A DNA stretch of 64,000 nucleotides from Octopus vulgaris (Eukaryota): NCBI GenBank assembly GCA_951406725.2, contig OX597820.1, forward strand, positions 33,542,001 to 33,606,000, read 5' to 3'. The position numbers and the translations under genes were made by a program. The notes beneath the pieces are model-generated. The model searched no databases and had not been told where the DNA came from. It saw only the letters and a program-made list of their open reading frames with translations. Shown here piece after piece: positions 1-12,605 of this stretch. Position 1 is the first letter of the stretch. Each line of letters begins with the position of its first letter.

Positions 1-2480
1 GATGTGGACAAATTGAAGGTTAAGGAGACCATGCAGTCGTTTCAAACGGCTACTGATGAAAAGCTGTCCTCCATTATATGTGGGAATGACATTGAGGCAT
101 CTTGGTCAGAGCTTAAAACTGCAGTGTATGACTCTGCCAAAGAGTCATTAGTATATGTTCGAAGGAAGAACCAAGATTGGTTTGATGAAAATGATCCAAC
201 CATCCTCCCTTTGCTCAGTAACATGCATCAAACCCATCAAGTGTGGATTACTGACAAAAATTCTTCAGTGAAACACAAGGCTTTTTGAATGACCAAAAAG
301 TTGGCACAATCTCGGCTCCGGGAAATGAAACAAAACTGGTGACAGTTGAAAGCCCAGGCCTTACAAGATGCAGCGAATAAGTGCGATTTTAAATCTTTCA
401 ACCAAAATCTCAAAGGTATGTTTGGTCCCATCTCAAAGGGGGCATCTCCAATATTTTCGTCAGATGGCACTCTCCTTACCGATAAGAAAGAAATTACTAA
501 GCGCTGGGCTGAACATTTTTCAAATGTTTTAAACAGAGAATCGACAGTGGATCAGGAAGTGATTGATAATCTTCCGCAGAAGTCAACCATCGAGAATCTT
601 GCTGACAGTCCATCCATATCGGAGGTCGAAAAGGCTATAAAGCAACTGTCAAATGGTAAGGCTCCAGGTGATGATGGGATACCTGCAGACATATATATAC
701 AAATGTGGAAGCCAACTGCTGTGTCAGGAAACCAAGTGCTCTGTTTTCATCAATATGGGAACTTGGTACCGTGCCACAACAGTTCAAAGATGCTTCAATT
801 ATTCACCTATTTAAGCACAAAGGAAATAAATGTGAGTGTGATAACCATAGAGGAATTTCTCTCTTATCCGTTGCTGGTAAGATTCTAGCGCGTGTAATCT
901 TAAACAGACTCAATGATTCAATTTGTAAAACTGTGCTCCCAGAAACCCAATGTGGTTTCCGGGCTGGAAGAGGCACTGTGGATATGATCTCCAGCTTACG
1001 GCAACTACAAGAGAAAGCAAGGGAACAGAATAAGGACTTGTTTGTTACCTTTGATGATCTTACTAAGGCATTTGATACCGTCTCCAGAGATGCCATGTGG
1101 ACTGTTTTGAGGAAGCTTGGTGTTCCAGACAAAATGTTGAATGTGATTGTCTCCTTTCATCATGGAATGATGGCTTCAGTACGGTCTGACAGCGAACAAA
1201 GTGATCCATTCGAAATGTCAACTGGAACCAAGCAAGGGTGTGTCCTTGCTCCGATCCTATTTGCTCTTTTCTTTTCAGTGATGCTTGAAACAGCCTTCAA
1301 AGACACCTCGGAAGATGTAGGTGTTGCGTATCGATCAAGCGGAGGGTTATTTAACCCGGACTTTTATGCAGACTGTTTTTGATCTCTTTTTTTGCTGATG
1401 ACTGTGCTCTTGTCACCTATAATCTTGAGGACATGCAGAACATCCTCAATAGCTTCTCTGATGCATGTAAGGCATTTGGTCTTACAATTAGCATAACGAA
1501 AACTGAACTTATTCACCAGCTGAAACCAGACTCTTCGCCCTCTTCACAACCAGTAGTAAATGTTGATGGTAAAGCTTTGAAAACAGTATCTTCTTTTACA
1601 TACCTCGGCTCTATTGTGTCTGATGATGCAAAATTTGAAAAAGATATCCAAAACAGAATCAATGAAGCAAGTGAAGCATTTGATAGGCTGCAACACAGAC
1701 TCTGGAACAGCCACGATGTGTCTCTGAAAGTAAAAGTAGCAGTCTACAAATCTGTTGTTCTATCTACTCTTCTGTATGGTGCTGAAATGTGGACCTTGTA
1801 TCGCAAGCATATCAATCAGCTTGATTCCTTCCATATGAGATGTCTGCGTTCTATTTACAATGTTAAATGGCAAGATCACGTTCGAAATAGTGAGTTACTG
1901 GAGAGGTGTGAGATCACTGGTATTGAAACATTTTTGATTAAGATACAAATGCGGTGGTCTGGTCATCTCGTAAGAATGGATGACTCAAGAGTTCCAAAGC
2001 AGCATTTTTATGGGCAATTGACAAATTCTTCCCGTCCAACAGGGCGTCCTGTTCTTCGTTACAAGGACAAACTAAAAGACAATCTGAAGCGTTGTGACAT
2101 TGCTCTGAGCTCCTGGGAGAGTGCAGCAGGGGATCGTAGCAAATGGAGGAAAATGTGCTTTCTAAAGACTAGAGAATTTGAAAGTAACCGTCTTCGCCAT
2201 AGGGACGCCCTACGTGCAAATTTGAAGCAACGCATCAGCAAAATCCACCAAACAATGACTGTGTGTGTCACTGTGGGTTTAAAGCACGAAGCAAAGCTGG
2301 GTTAGTTGTCCATTCGAGAAGACATTTTGAACCAACGAATACATGCAGGTGTACCATTTGCGAGAAAGTGTGCAAGACATCTGCTGGATTGAAGGTACAC
2401 ATGCGGTGTCACAAGGCTTAGGAATTGTTGAAGGTTATTTACTGAACCCTCATTCATCGTCTTCGATGAGAGAATCCACC
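1..2480 (+). mobile_element. RTE-clade LINE, 5'-truncated by the window edge, frameshifted
   Basis: ORFs 4-288, 346-888, 705-1382 and 1379-2305 carry RT motifs: KAPGDDGIP, HRGISLLS, QCGFR, DLTKAFD, QGCVLAP, FADD, YLGS, RWSGHLVRM. 3' stem-loop (catcgtcttcgatg) before a (TA)n tract. Confidence 0.93.
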
Positions 2481-2485
2481 ATATA

Positions 2486-2538
<53 letters not shown>

Positions 2539-2545
2539 ATGTATA

Positions 2546-2619
<74 letters not shown>

Positions 2620-2733
2620 AATATTAATTCGAGACAAAACCACTATTTTGCAAATCAAACAAGGAAAGACTTAATCAATACATACAATTTTAATATAAAT
2701 TAAATATAAATTAAATATAAATTAAATAAACCG

Positions 2734-2777
2734 CCACTACAATTGTTTCATGTCTTCAAATGACATTCGTCAGGTGG
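2734..2777 (-). ncRNA. Minimal type I hammerhead ribozyme (inverted copy)
   Basis: Exact reverse complement of 2874-2917. Confidence 0.85.
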
Positions 2778-2873
2778 ATTTCCGATCTTCTAATCAGTAT
2801 TAAATGACATTCGTCAGGTGGATTTCCGATCTTCTAATCAGTATTAATTAATACTGATTAGAAGATCGGAAAT

Positions 2874-2917
2874 CCACCTGACGAATGTCATTTGAAGACA
2901 TGAAACAATTGTAGTGG
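2874..2917 (+). ncRNA. Minimal type I hammerhead ribozyme
   Basis: ccac-CTGACGA-atgtc(atttgaa)gacat-GAAA-caattg-TA-gtgg. Stems I and II pair; stem III is palindromic. Confidence 0.85.
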
Positions 2918-3110
2918 CGGTTTATTTAATTTATATTTAATTTATATTAAAATTTTATGTATTGATTAAGTCTTTCCTTGTTTGATTTGCAAAATAGTGG
3001 TTTTGTCTCGAATTAATATTATTTAATATTTTACTATAAAATTGGATTTAATCCTAAATCTGATTTTTTTCCCTGTAAATTTGGATTTATTCCCTAATAT
3101 TTATTATTAT

Positions 3111-3173
<63 letters not shown>

Positions 3174-3350
3174 ATATATACACACACAATTCAATTATAT
3201 GTTAAAATAGCCTCATCAAGGAATAGTAATATCCAATTAATTACTGGTTTATTACCTAATATTTTTTGTTTATAACCTAATAGGTCTAAATACAAATCTT
3301 GGTTTATAGATATATAAACATGTACCTATGTATGCATGTATGTATGTATG

Positions 3351-3384
<34 letters not shown>

Positions 3385-3749
3385 TGTATGTATGTATTTA
3401 TGTATGTATGTGTGTATGTATGTATATGTGTATGTTTCCATGTGTGTGTTTATTTGGATTCTTCCTTAAATAAAAACCGATTTCTATTAAAGAATCAAAG
3501 CTTCATTGCCTTTGCCTCAATTTGGATACGATCAAAGATTATTGTTAAATGTTAAGCATATCATATTTTGCTAATATGTATGTATAAATGTAAACTACCA
3601 AATATTTGCTTTGCTTTTTTATTAGAAGCGTCGAAAAGTGTATTGTACGACAGAAATAGGAAAATATTTTTTGAACGCAGAGTTGCCATTAAAACAACAG
3701 AAATACTGGATAAATTCCCCTTACAAGGCGGAAAAGTTTTTTTAACAAC

Positions 3750-3815
3750 CAGCCATGGCTACTCGAACCCATGTCCCACAATTACTTCGGCTGAGTGCTT
3801 TACCATTAAGCTATT
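3750..3815 (-). repeat. tRNA-derived segment inside a TA-flanked repeat
   Basis: Minus strand tagcttaatggtaaagcac (A box) ... gggttcgagt (B box); no intact cloverleaf. Confidence 0.5.
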
Positions 3816-4015
3816 TTCACTGTTCCGTTTACAGGTCCTGTTTATGTTGTACGTATCAACCGGTCTATTTCATTGCCCAAAAATCCTAACCAAGACTGTT
3901 CTGCTTACAGGTACATGATTATAGATATATCTATGTTTATAGATATTCAAAAGAAATTTAAGAAAATGGAGATATAGCATTAATATAATTTATTATCTGC
4001 AAAAATCCAACATAT

Positions 4016-4100
4016 TCTCTTACAGCTGTTTCACTTAAGCTTAGAAGATTAAAATAGCAGTTATTAAATCATTATATTAGGCAAAATCTCAGCAGAGGGA
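4016..4100 (-). ncRNA. Degenerate hammerhead core
   Basis: Minus strand tccct-CTGCTGA-...-GAAA-cagctg-TA-agaga; one core substitution. Confidence 0.5.
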
Positions 4101-4413
4101 TAGGAAAAATCTACCGTAAATTAATTAGGTATTGTGCTTTCGAATTATCTCATCACATTGAATATTATTTCATAGCTAATATTGGTATAAACCTGTGCCA
4201 GGGGGTCATAGGTTGGGCAATATAATCAGGGTAATAATTGGTAAATAAATAAATAAAGGTTAGATAGTGAGTTACAATAAATAATAGTATCATATGAATG
4301 AAGGAATAAATATGAATACTTTTGTAATTTGTTTGTAGAATTGAGGGAAATTTATTTGAAAAAAAGATAAAACATTAACAATGGTCAAAAAACCTTCATC
4401 TTTTAATACAGTG

Positions 4414-4478
<65 letters not shown>

Positions 4479-4547
4479 GTAAATGTAATATGTGGAAATC
4501 CACGCCGCCATTTATTCAGTTATCCTTCATTTAACTAAAATATCTTC

Positions 4548-4618
4548 GACCTGATGAGTACCCCTCGTTGAGTAATTATTACTTCCGAAGTTCTGCTAGC
4601 TAGGAAACATATGTAGCC
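4548..4618 (+). ncRNA. Degenerate hammerhead core
   Basis: gac-CTGATGA-...-GAAA-catatg-TA-gcc. Core intact, stems eroded. Confidence 0.55.
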
Positions 4619-4894
4619 TGGATTTTGCATACTTCATTTCCTCTATTTGTAGCAACCCTAGATGCTAATTGTGAAATATAAAATAACTTTTTGCAGTTTA
4701 TCTAACTTCGATATGGGAAAAACCTACAACCTTCTATGCTAATAAACTATTATTGTTCCTGAAAATTGTTTTTTATAGTTACTACGGACTGGAACTGCTC
4801 GAAGCTAGCTTTCTACACCTGGTCATTTGGATCTTAAAATCGCGCACGCACACACAGTTGTGTGTATTGTGTGTATAAGTCGTCTAATGCACTC

Positions 4895-4937
4895 GTATAT
4901 CTGTCAACAGAGTGGGTTTACCATCCGAAGTCTACAC

Positions 4938-4995
<58 letters not shown>

Positions 4996-5125
4996 CGGCC
5001 ATAATTCATTCCACATCGGCTACCTCTGATGAGCACAGGGTTACATAACCGGATTGTTACTTAACAATACCTGGCATGAAACCGATTGTTAAGAGTATCC
5101 GTAATATATAATACTGTACACTAAA
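4895..5125 (+). mobile_element. Hammerhead-like short repeat, copy 1 (copy 2 at 16577-16790)
   Basis: Collinear similarity to the reverse complement of 16577-16790. CTGATGA at 5026, GAAAC at ~5078. Confidence 0.7.
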
Positions 5126-5239
5126 GATGTTCTATTGAAATGCTTTATTACTCTGATATAAGAAAGCAATTTCCTTATAACTGCCACAAAAGGTGTATTT
5201 TCTATCACGAAAAAGTACAAAAACGCTCAGCTGGAGGAG

Positions 5240-5405
5240 GAAGAGAGGTTGGCGAGAGAGGTTTTCAGAGGTTGGGGAAAAAGGTTGTCAGAGGTTGGTG
5301 AGAGAGATTGTCGGAGGTTGACAAGAGAGGTCGTCGGAGGTTGTCTAGAGAGGCTGTAGGAGGTTGTCGAGAGAGGTTTTTTGGAAATTGGCGAGAGAGG
5401 GTGTC
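5240..5405. repeat. Degenerate ~22-bp minisatellite
   Basis: About 7 units resembling gagagaggttgtcggaggttgg. Confidence 0.8.
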
Positions 5406-5770
5406 GTTCACAGAAAAAACTATTGTTTTATTGTAAGAAAAGCGCTGTTAAAGTGAAATTTAGCAATCGAGGATCGAATCCACGCTATGCCTGCTTGAAG
5501 CCACTATAAATACGTTGTGGAAAAAAATTATCTACTGTCATGGAGAAAGTGTAACTGCAAACATGCAGAATTATCGGAGTAATGGGTATTCAAAAGCGTA
5601 TGTATAGAAATGTATGAATGAAGAGATTTAAATTAAGGAAGTGCAATAATAATGTTGAGTAGTTCAAAACTGTGAGTAGTGAAATGTAGAATTAGGTCGG
5701 CTGCTCGTGAGAATCAAATATTGATTGCTTCGCTAAATACTACAGGTGGTATGGGTTATTTCCCTTAGGT
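5400..5770 (-). pseudogene. Possible highly decayed Penelope-like ORF fragment
   Basis: Manual translation with frameshifts gives PPVVF... and IAW/FDP...FL...HP, resembling the PLE HPP and WFNPP motifs. Weak. Confidence 0.3.
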
Positions 5771-6200
5771 TCTTTAAATAAAATATTAGTAATATGTAGT
5801 AGATAGGAGGATCCATTGGATGGGCCATATTATCGATTTTTTTTCAACAATCTAAGTATGTCACGAGGTTTCCAGACATGAGTTCTACTCACGTGTCAAA
5901 TAAAGTAAAAAAGTGATATTGTCTGCAAAAATTAGAAATTGGACACACAAAAAATCAATATTCAAAGTAATCGAACATAAACAATTAAATGGGTTATTTC
6001 CCTTGAGTGTTTAAAAAATGTTGTACTGTCGGTATGGGTTATTTCCTTTGTGTGTTGAAAAAAATTAGTTATATGAGGTAAAAAAATATCCCTTCCAGGG
6101 GCCGTATTATCCATTTTTTTCAACAATCTAAGTATGTCATGAGGTTTCCAGACATGAGTTCTACTCACGTGCCAAGTTTTATTAAAATCAATAAAACGCT
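5750..6200. repeat. Internally duplicated repeat, Helitron-internal-like
   Basis: ttcaacaatctaagtatgtca..gaggtttccagacatgagttctactcacgtg occurs at ~5843 and ~6119; motifs resemble the interior of 25042-26301. Confidence 0.5.
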
Positions 6201-6275
6201 GTAGGTGCAGTTAGATCACAACGCCACAAACAAATACACACCGATTTTCCACGTATGCAGCAGATATCCTTTATG

Positions 6276-6584
6276 TCATAAGAATTGAGATCGACACAAA
6301 TGAAATGAATCGTTTTTAACGGTAGAACACACAGTTTCTGAATTCTTAAGACGTAAGCAATATCTATTTCTACAATTCCTGCTGTTAAGAGCAAAACATC
6401 AAAAATAGGGTGAGTTTTTTAAAGGATTGCATTGGCAAAATGGTACACCGACTGCCATGTTTACAGAAAATGTGGGTCCGAGTCACACAGAGTACCAGCG
6501 ACTTTTTCCATCCAATTAATTTAGTAATCTTTCCGCTATTACGAATACATTTTTCTACTTCATTTTCACCTTTAAGAACGATTT

Positions 6585-6588
<4 letters not shown>
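6276..6588 (+). mobile_element. ~310-bp dispersed repeat with internal tRNA-like segment (copy 1)
   Basis: Matches the reverse complement of 15377-15692. A-box-like tggcaaaatggta and B-box-like gggtccgagtc at ~6430-6497. Confidence 0.75.
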
Positions 6589-6618
<30 letters not shown>

Positions 6619-6624
<6 letters not shown>

Positions 6625-6795
6625 GAAATGAGGTACTCAGAAATCTGGATGGTTTTATATTTACAGATATCTATTAGTAGGTGAAATTTTTTTTACGCTA
6701 ATATATGATATATGATTTATAAAAACATGTAACTTACTAATAAATATCTGAAAATATAAAACCATCCAGATTTCTGGGTACCTCATTACTACTAA
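6619..6795. repeat. TA-flanked inverted repeat
   Basis: aatgaggtactcagaaatctggatggttttatattt versus aaatataaaaccatccagatttctgggtacctcatt. Confidence 0.85.
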
Positions 6796-6925
6796 TATCT
6801 GTACATCATCTCCAAACCTTCTTATATATATGAGGTTCGTCGCAATAACAGTGTAGCACAAAACGGCGGTGCATCAGCATGGCCGCAGCTCTGAGCTGAA
6901 ACTAGAAAAAAAATATATATATATA

Positions 6926-7100
6926 TACAACTTATAAACAAGGGCAAAAGAAAAATTATTTCCATGCCAATATACTGATAACAGACTTTAAAATCGTCAA
7001 TTTCCACTTATCATCATAAGGAAATTGACGATTTAAAAGTCTGTTATCAGAATATTGGCATGGAAATAAATTTTCTTTTGCCCTTGTTTAAAAGCTGTTT
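6926..7100. repeat. TA-flanked hairpin, related to 13290-13693
   Basis: ~75-bp arms with a short loop; shares ggcaaaagaaaaa...atgccaat with the 13.3-kb hairpin. Confidence 0.85.
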
Positions 7101-7113
7101 ATAATTTTAACCT

Positions 7114-7215
<102 letters not shown>

Positions 7216-7235
7216 TCACACATGCACATATATAT

Positions 7236-7401
7236 CGCGGCCATGGCTCTATGGTTAGAAGCTTCTTTCCCAACCACATGGTTCCGGGTTCAGTCCCACT
7301 GCGGGACACCTTCCGTAAGTGTCTTCTACTATAACCTTGGGCCGACCAAAGCCTTGTGAGGGTGGATTTGATAGACGGAAACTGAAAGAAGCGCGTCGTA
7401 T

Positions 7402-7493
<92 letters not shown>

Positions 7494-7962
7494 TTTGGTG
7501 CATAATTATTGCGGCTTTTTTTTTTCAACATTTTATTCAACAAAAGCAATAATATTTGAGAAAAACATCTTTAAATGACGGTCTGACCGTCTGCCAAGCA
7601 AATAGGAAGCAATAATTGAAGTAGAAGGTGAATATACTCCGGAATAATCATTTAAAGACGTTTTTGTTACATGTTGTTATTGTTTTTGGTGAATAAAATT
7701 TGTTGAAAAAAAAACCGCAATAATTATGCACCGACGCAACATATATATATATATATGCATGTGTTTGTATGTCTGTGTTTCTCTCTCACCATCAATTGAC
7801 AACCGATGTTGGTGTGTTTACGTCCCCGTAACATAGCGGTTCGGCAAAAGAGGCGATAAAATAAGTACTAAACTTAAAAGAATAAATCCTGGGGGCGATT
7901 TATTCTACTAAAGGCGGTGCTCCAGCATGGCCGCAGTCAGATGACTGAAACAACTAAAAGAA
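7236..7962 (+). mobile_element. tRNA-derived SINE family A, interrupted by a hairpin element
   Basis: Head 7236-7400 and tail 7760-7962 match the intact copy at 8868-9246. Confidence 0.85.
7497..7733. repeat. Inverted-repeat element nested in the SINE's internal (TA)n
   Basis: ggtgcataattattgcgg...tctttaaatga versus tcatttaaaga...ccgcaataattatgcacc. Confidence 0.85.
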
Positions 7963-7964
7963 TA

Positions 7965-8278
7965 GCAAGTGGTTAAAGCGTCGAGTTTATGATCATGGGG
8001 GTTGTGAGTTCGAATCCCGGACCGGGCTGCGTGTTATGTTCTTGATCAAGACACTTTATTTCATGTTGCTCCAGTTCACTCAGCTGTAGAAATGAGTTGC
8101 GACGTCATAGGTACCAAGCTGTCTTGGCCTTTGCCTTTCCCTTGGATAACACTGGTGGCGTGGATAGGGGAGGCCGGTGTGCATGGGAGACCGCTGGTTT
8201 TCCATAAACAACTTTGCCCGAACTTGTGCCTAGGAGGGTAACTTTCTAGGTGCAATCCCATGGTCATTCATGACCGAG
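7965..8278 (+). mobile_element. tRNA-derived SINE family B
   Basis: B box gagttcgaatcc; body tttcatgttgctccagttcactcagctg shared with 19290-19549, 24315-24487 and 51220-51550. Confidence 0.8.
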
Positions 8279-8284
8279 TGAGGA

Positions 8285-8700
8285 CCAGGTGTACTGCAGT
8301 TGGTTGGGGTCCCAAAACCCACATTTTTTCAATGCTCCGCCAAAAGAATTAAGAAAATGTGAATGTCTTCAAAAAGGAACTGGACATTCTACTATCCGCG
8401 ATATCAGATGAACCAACGTCTCGGCATGAAGTACAAACGAGAGCAGTGGTGTCAATACTGAAAATGTGAATGTCTTCAAAAAGGAGCTGGACATTCTACT
8501 ATCCGCGATATCAGATGAACCAACGTCTCGGCATGAAGTACAAACGAGAGCAGTGGTGTCAATACTGAAAATGTGAATGTCTTCAAAAAGGAGCTGGACA
8601 TTCTACTATCCGCGATATCAGATGAACCAACGTCTCGGCATGAAGTACAAACGAGAGCAGTGGTGTCAATACTCTCTCATACAGAACCGAATGAGTCAAC
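8285..8700 (+). mobile_element. CR1-like 3' fragment with 3 x 107-bp tandem repeat
   Basis: Units start at 8353, 8460 and 8567 and differ by about one base; they translate as NVFKKELDILLSAISDEP, resembling a CR1 C-terminus. Confidence 0.7.
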
Positions 8701-8867
8701 AACAAGGATAAAAACGGATGTAAGAGCACTGATATGAAATCCTGCCACCCAGAAGAAATCAACTAAACAAGCTGTGGAAAGGGTATAAATTCACGATGGT
8801 GCTCCAGCAAGACCGCAGTTGCATGGCTGAAACGCATAAAACAAATAAAAGAAATATTAACAAATAT

Positions 8868-9246
8868 AGGCGCAGGAGTAGCTGTGTGGTAGGTAGTTTG
8901 CTTACCAACCACACGGTTCCGGGTTCAGTCCCACTACGTGACACCTTGGGCAAGTGTCTTCTACTATAGCCTCGGGCCGACCAAAGCCTTGTGAGTGGAA
9001 TTGGTAGACGGAAACTGAAAGACGCCCGTCGTATATATGTATATGTATATTTATATATGTGTGTGTTTGTGTGTCTGTGTTTGTCCCCCCCCCCCCAATA
9101 TCGCTTGACAACCGATGCTGATGTGTTTACGTCTCCATAACTTAGCGGTTCGGCAAAAGAGACCGATAGAATAAGTCCTGGGGTCGATTTGCTCGGCTAA
9201 AGGCGGTGCTCCAGCATGGCCGCAGTCAAATGACAGAAACAAGTAA
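8868..9246 (+). mobile_element. SINE family A, full length
   Basis: tRNA-like head (gggttcagtccc), internal TA/TG microsatellite, tail ...ggcggtgctccagcatggccgcagtcaaatgac. Confidence 0.9.
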
Positions 9247-9264
9247 TATATATATATATATATC

Positions 9265-9410
9265 AGGTGTGGTTCTATGGTAAGAAGCTTGCTTCCCAAC
9301 CACAAAGTTCCGGGTGGTACCTTGGGCGTCTTCTACTCTAGCATCGGGCCGACCAAAGCTTTGTGAGATAATTTGGTTGAAGGAGACTAAAAGAAACTTG
9401 TCATATATAC

Positions 9411-9455
<45 letters not shown>

Positions 9456-9645
9456 TCTTTGTGTATGTGTTTGTGTCCCACCACCGCTTGACAACCGGTG
9501 TTGGTATGTTTACGTCACCCTAACTTAGCGGTTCGGCGAAAGACACGATAGAATAAGTACCTGGCTTAAAACAGATAAGTGCTGGGGTCGATTCAATCGA
9601 CTAAAAATTCTTCAAAGCGGTGTTCCAGCATGACCACAGTCGAAT
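9265..9645 (+). mobile_element. SINE family A, diverged
   Basis: Collinear with 8868-9246; followed by (GATA)n and (CATA)n. Confidence 0.85.
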
Positions 9646-9649
9646 TACC

Positions 9650-9762
<113 letters not shown>

Positions 9763-9989
9763 AAAGATAAAGAGAGATGCATACATATATAATACATACA
9801 TACTTACATACATATATAATACATACATACATACATACATACATACATACATACATACATACATACAGGCTTCTGAAATGTGTATTTATTTAATAGCGGA
9901 TCATTCTTCGTCTCCTATGATGAGCATTTATTTACTTGATAAACTAAACTATATGTATATTAAATTATATGTACGTTTATATATTCGTG

Positions 9990-10458
9990 AGGAGGTGCAA
10001 TGGCTCAGTGGTCAGGGCAGCCGACTCGTGGTCGTAGGATCGCGGTTTCGATTCCCAGACCGGTTTATTGAACGAAAACGCCTAAAGCTCCACGAGGCTC
10101 CGACAAGCGGTGGTGGTGAACTCTGCTGTACTCTTTCCCCACAACTTTCTCTCACTCTTTCTTCCTGTTTCTGTTGTACCTGTGTTTCAAAGGGCCAGCT
10201 TTGTCACATTCTGTGTCACGCTGAATCTCCCCGAGAACTACGTTAAGGGTACACGTATCTGTGGAGTGCTCAGCCACTTGCACGTTAATAAATGAGCGTC
10301 ACGGGTGCCTTTCCCTTGGATAACATAGGTGGCGTAGAGAGGGGAGACTGGTATGCGTGGGCGACTGTTGGTCTTCCATAAACAACCTTGCCTAGACTTG
10401 TGCCTGGGAGGGTAACTTTCTCGGTGCAATCGCATGGTCATTCATGACCGAAGGGGTT
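9990..10458 (+). mobile_element. SINE family C plus family-B tail module
   Basis: Head ggaggtgcaatggctcagtgg...ggtttcgattcccagaccgg as in 50784 and 51663-52040; 10300-10458 matches 8130-8278. Confidence 0.85.
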
Positions 10459-11208
10459 CACAAAATATATATTCGTAGAAGGGACTGAGCATTCTACAGA
10501 CACGTGTACTTTTAACGTAATTTTCAGTCAGTGTGTCACAATACATGTTGAGGTTGGATTTTTAAATCAAAGGCACAGTCCATGCAATGGTCTTCCATTT
10601 GGTTCTACACTAACAGGGTTCGAATAGATCTAAATTTATGCACAAGGTGATACACATTAGGCTAGAACACGGGACCTCATGATTTCGAAGCCATGTTCAT
10701 GTGTGTGTGCGCGTTCGCGCTTGTGTGCATTTATGTGTATGTGCGTGTGTGTGTGTAAATATGAATGTATGTATATGTATGTATAATACATATATATATA
10801 CAAATATATGCGTAAATACATAGCGAGTACTCTACACGGCACTTGTGCGTTCACACGATCCTTTGTTCTTGTGATTATATGTAAAAATTTCACATGCCCT
10901 CGTTGAGTTTGAACACAAAGAAAGGACGTTCACAATTCTATGCGAGACTTCGATATTAGCATATGTTCGTACATACATACGCATACATACGTACGTACGT
11001 ACACATACATTCACAGAATTCTCTGTGTGTCTGTGTAGATTCCAAGATACGAATGTACAGCTCTCATGAGTGAAATATGAAAAAGACTGAGAAGAAAATG
11101 GCGTCAAGTTGAGATTTAGAAAACAATGTGACGAACGTTTTTCAATGAGCGTCATTATATTATTATTGTAATTGTCTGTGGACAGTTATGACCATGAAAT
11201 ACAATAAC

Positions 11209-11262
<54 letters not shown>

Positions 11263-12043
11263 GGAGGAAGGAAAAATGAATATAATAAATGAAAGAATGA
11301 AAGAAAAAGTGTTGGCTTATTTTTTTTTTCACCTAACCACTTAGCTATTATGAACTTCAGTTAAGAGGTCAAGCAAATCATTCAAATAGCGTTATGCTGT
11401 CGTTGTTGTTGTTGTTGTTGTTGCTGCTGCCGTTGCTGTTGGCGCATTCATACAACTGTCGTATCTGGGCTGTGATTGTATGTATGTATGTATGTATGTA
11501 TGTATGTATGTATGCATGTATGTATGTATGTATGTATGTATGTATGTATGTATGTATGTATGTATGTATGTATGTATGTATGTATGTATGTATGTATGTA
11601 TGTGAGTATGTATTCATGTGTGCGTGTTTGTGTATCAACGTGTGTGTATGTGTATGTAATGTATGTGTAAGCATGTGTGTGTGTGTTTGTAAAAGAAAAA
11701 GAGAGACAGGCAGACAGACAGACAGACAAGGGAAAGAAAGAGCGAGAGTGAAAGAGTGAAAGAGAAAGAGAGAGAGAGAGAAAGTAAGGAGAGAAGGGGA
11801 AAGGGAGAGAGAGAGAGAGAGCCTCTTTAATAGAATTATGATGGAAACATGAAAGAATGAGAAGATAGGAGTGACAGTGTGAGGTGAGAAACGAATGAAA
11901 GACGAGGAAATGAATGAAAGAACGAAAAAAGAAACAAAGAAATGAATAAATTTAGAGAAATGGCAAATGATGTACAGCTGTAAAATATATATGAATGCGT
12001 ACATATCCGTACATACATATATCTATCTACATGTGTATGTGTT

Positions 12044-12102
<59 letters not shown>

Positions 12103-12277
12103 TCTCTGCCACATATACACCCACATGTTTCTGTATTGTCCATTGCAAGTTTGGAGAAAGAAAAAAGAACACCTCCATCATCCTCACTACTATTACCGTT
12201 ACCACAATTAGCTGCTCACCACCACTACCCCCACCACACAGTTCTACCTCTTGCATGATCTCTCCCGGAGCACGTGT

Positions 12278-12308
<31 letters not shown>

Positions 12309-12309
12309 A

Positions 12310-12364
<55 letters not shown>

Positions 12365-12404
12365 CACTCAGATACGCACACGCATGTATGTGCGTGTATA
12401 TGCG

Positions 12405-12455
12405 TTTATATAAATATATAAGACGATGGCAGTTCATCTGACAGTTATTCACTCT
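12405..12455 (+). promoter_or_regulatory. Possible TATA/Inr of the candidate gene
   Basis: tatataaata at ~12406 with cagtt/tcact ~35-45 bp downstream and ~100 bp before the ATG. TATA-like strings are common here. Confidence 0.3.
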
Positions 12456-12508
12456 AGAATTACTTCCAGTTCCAACGGTTTTATCTGTTTTCCACCTGAA
12501 TATCTAAC

Positions 12509-12605
12509 ATGTTCCGTATCGCGGTTTTCCTTGCTTGTCTTTTGGTTGCACAAGCAGCATTCAATACTTATCAGAATGGCATGTACTTTGATGTAGTCCC
12601 TGAGA
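12509..12605 (+). CDS. Candidate exon 1, secreted protein (signal peptide)
   Basis: aacATG; MFRIAVFLACLLVAQA|AFNTYQNGMYFDVVPE; donor gtaagt at 12606 (phase 1). Confidence 0.7.

Larger units (their letters stand above)
2620..3110. mobile_element. Fold-back element (Penelope pLTR-like) with two inverted hammerhead cores
   Basis: Arms ~2620-2847 and ~2848-3020 are reverse complements centred on gtattaa|ttaatac. The left arm has a ~45-bp tandem duplication. Unpaired tail 3020-3110. Flanked by (TA)n/(TAA)n. Confidence 0.8.

Noticed and set aside
8353-8673. CRISPR-like array (also 5240-5405 and 52033-52116)
   Set aside because: Contiguous tandem units with no unique spacers, no cas genes, and a eukaryotic context.
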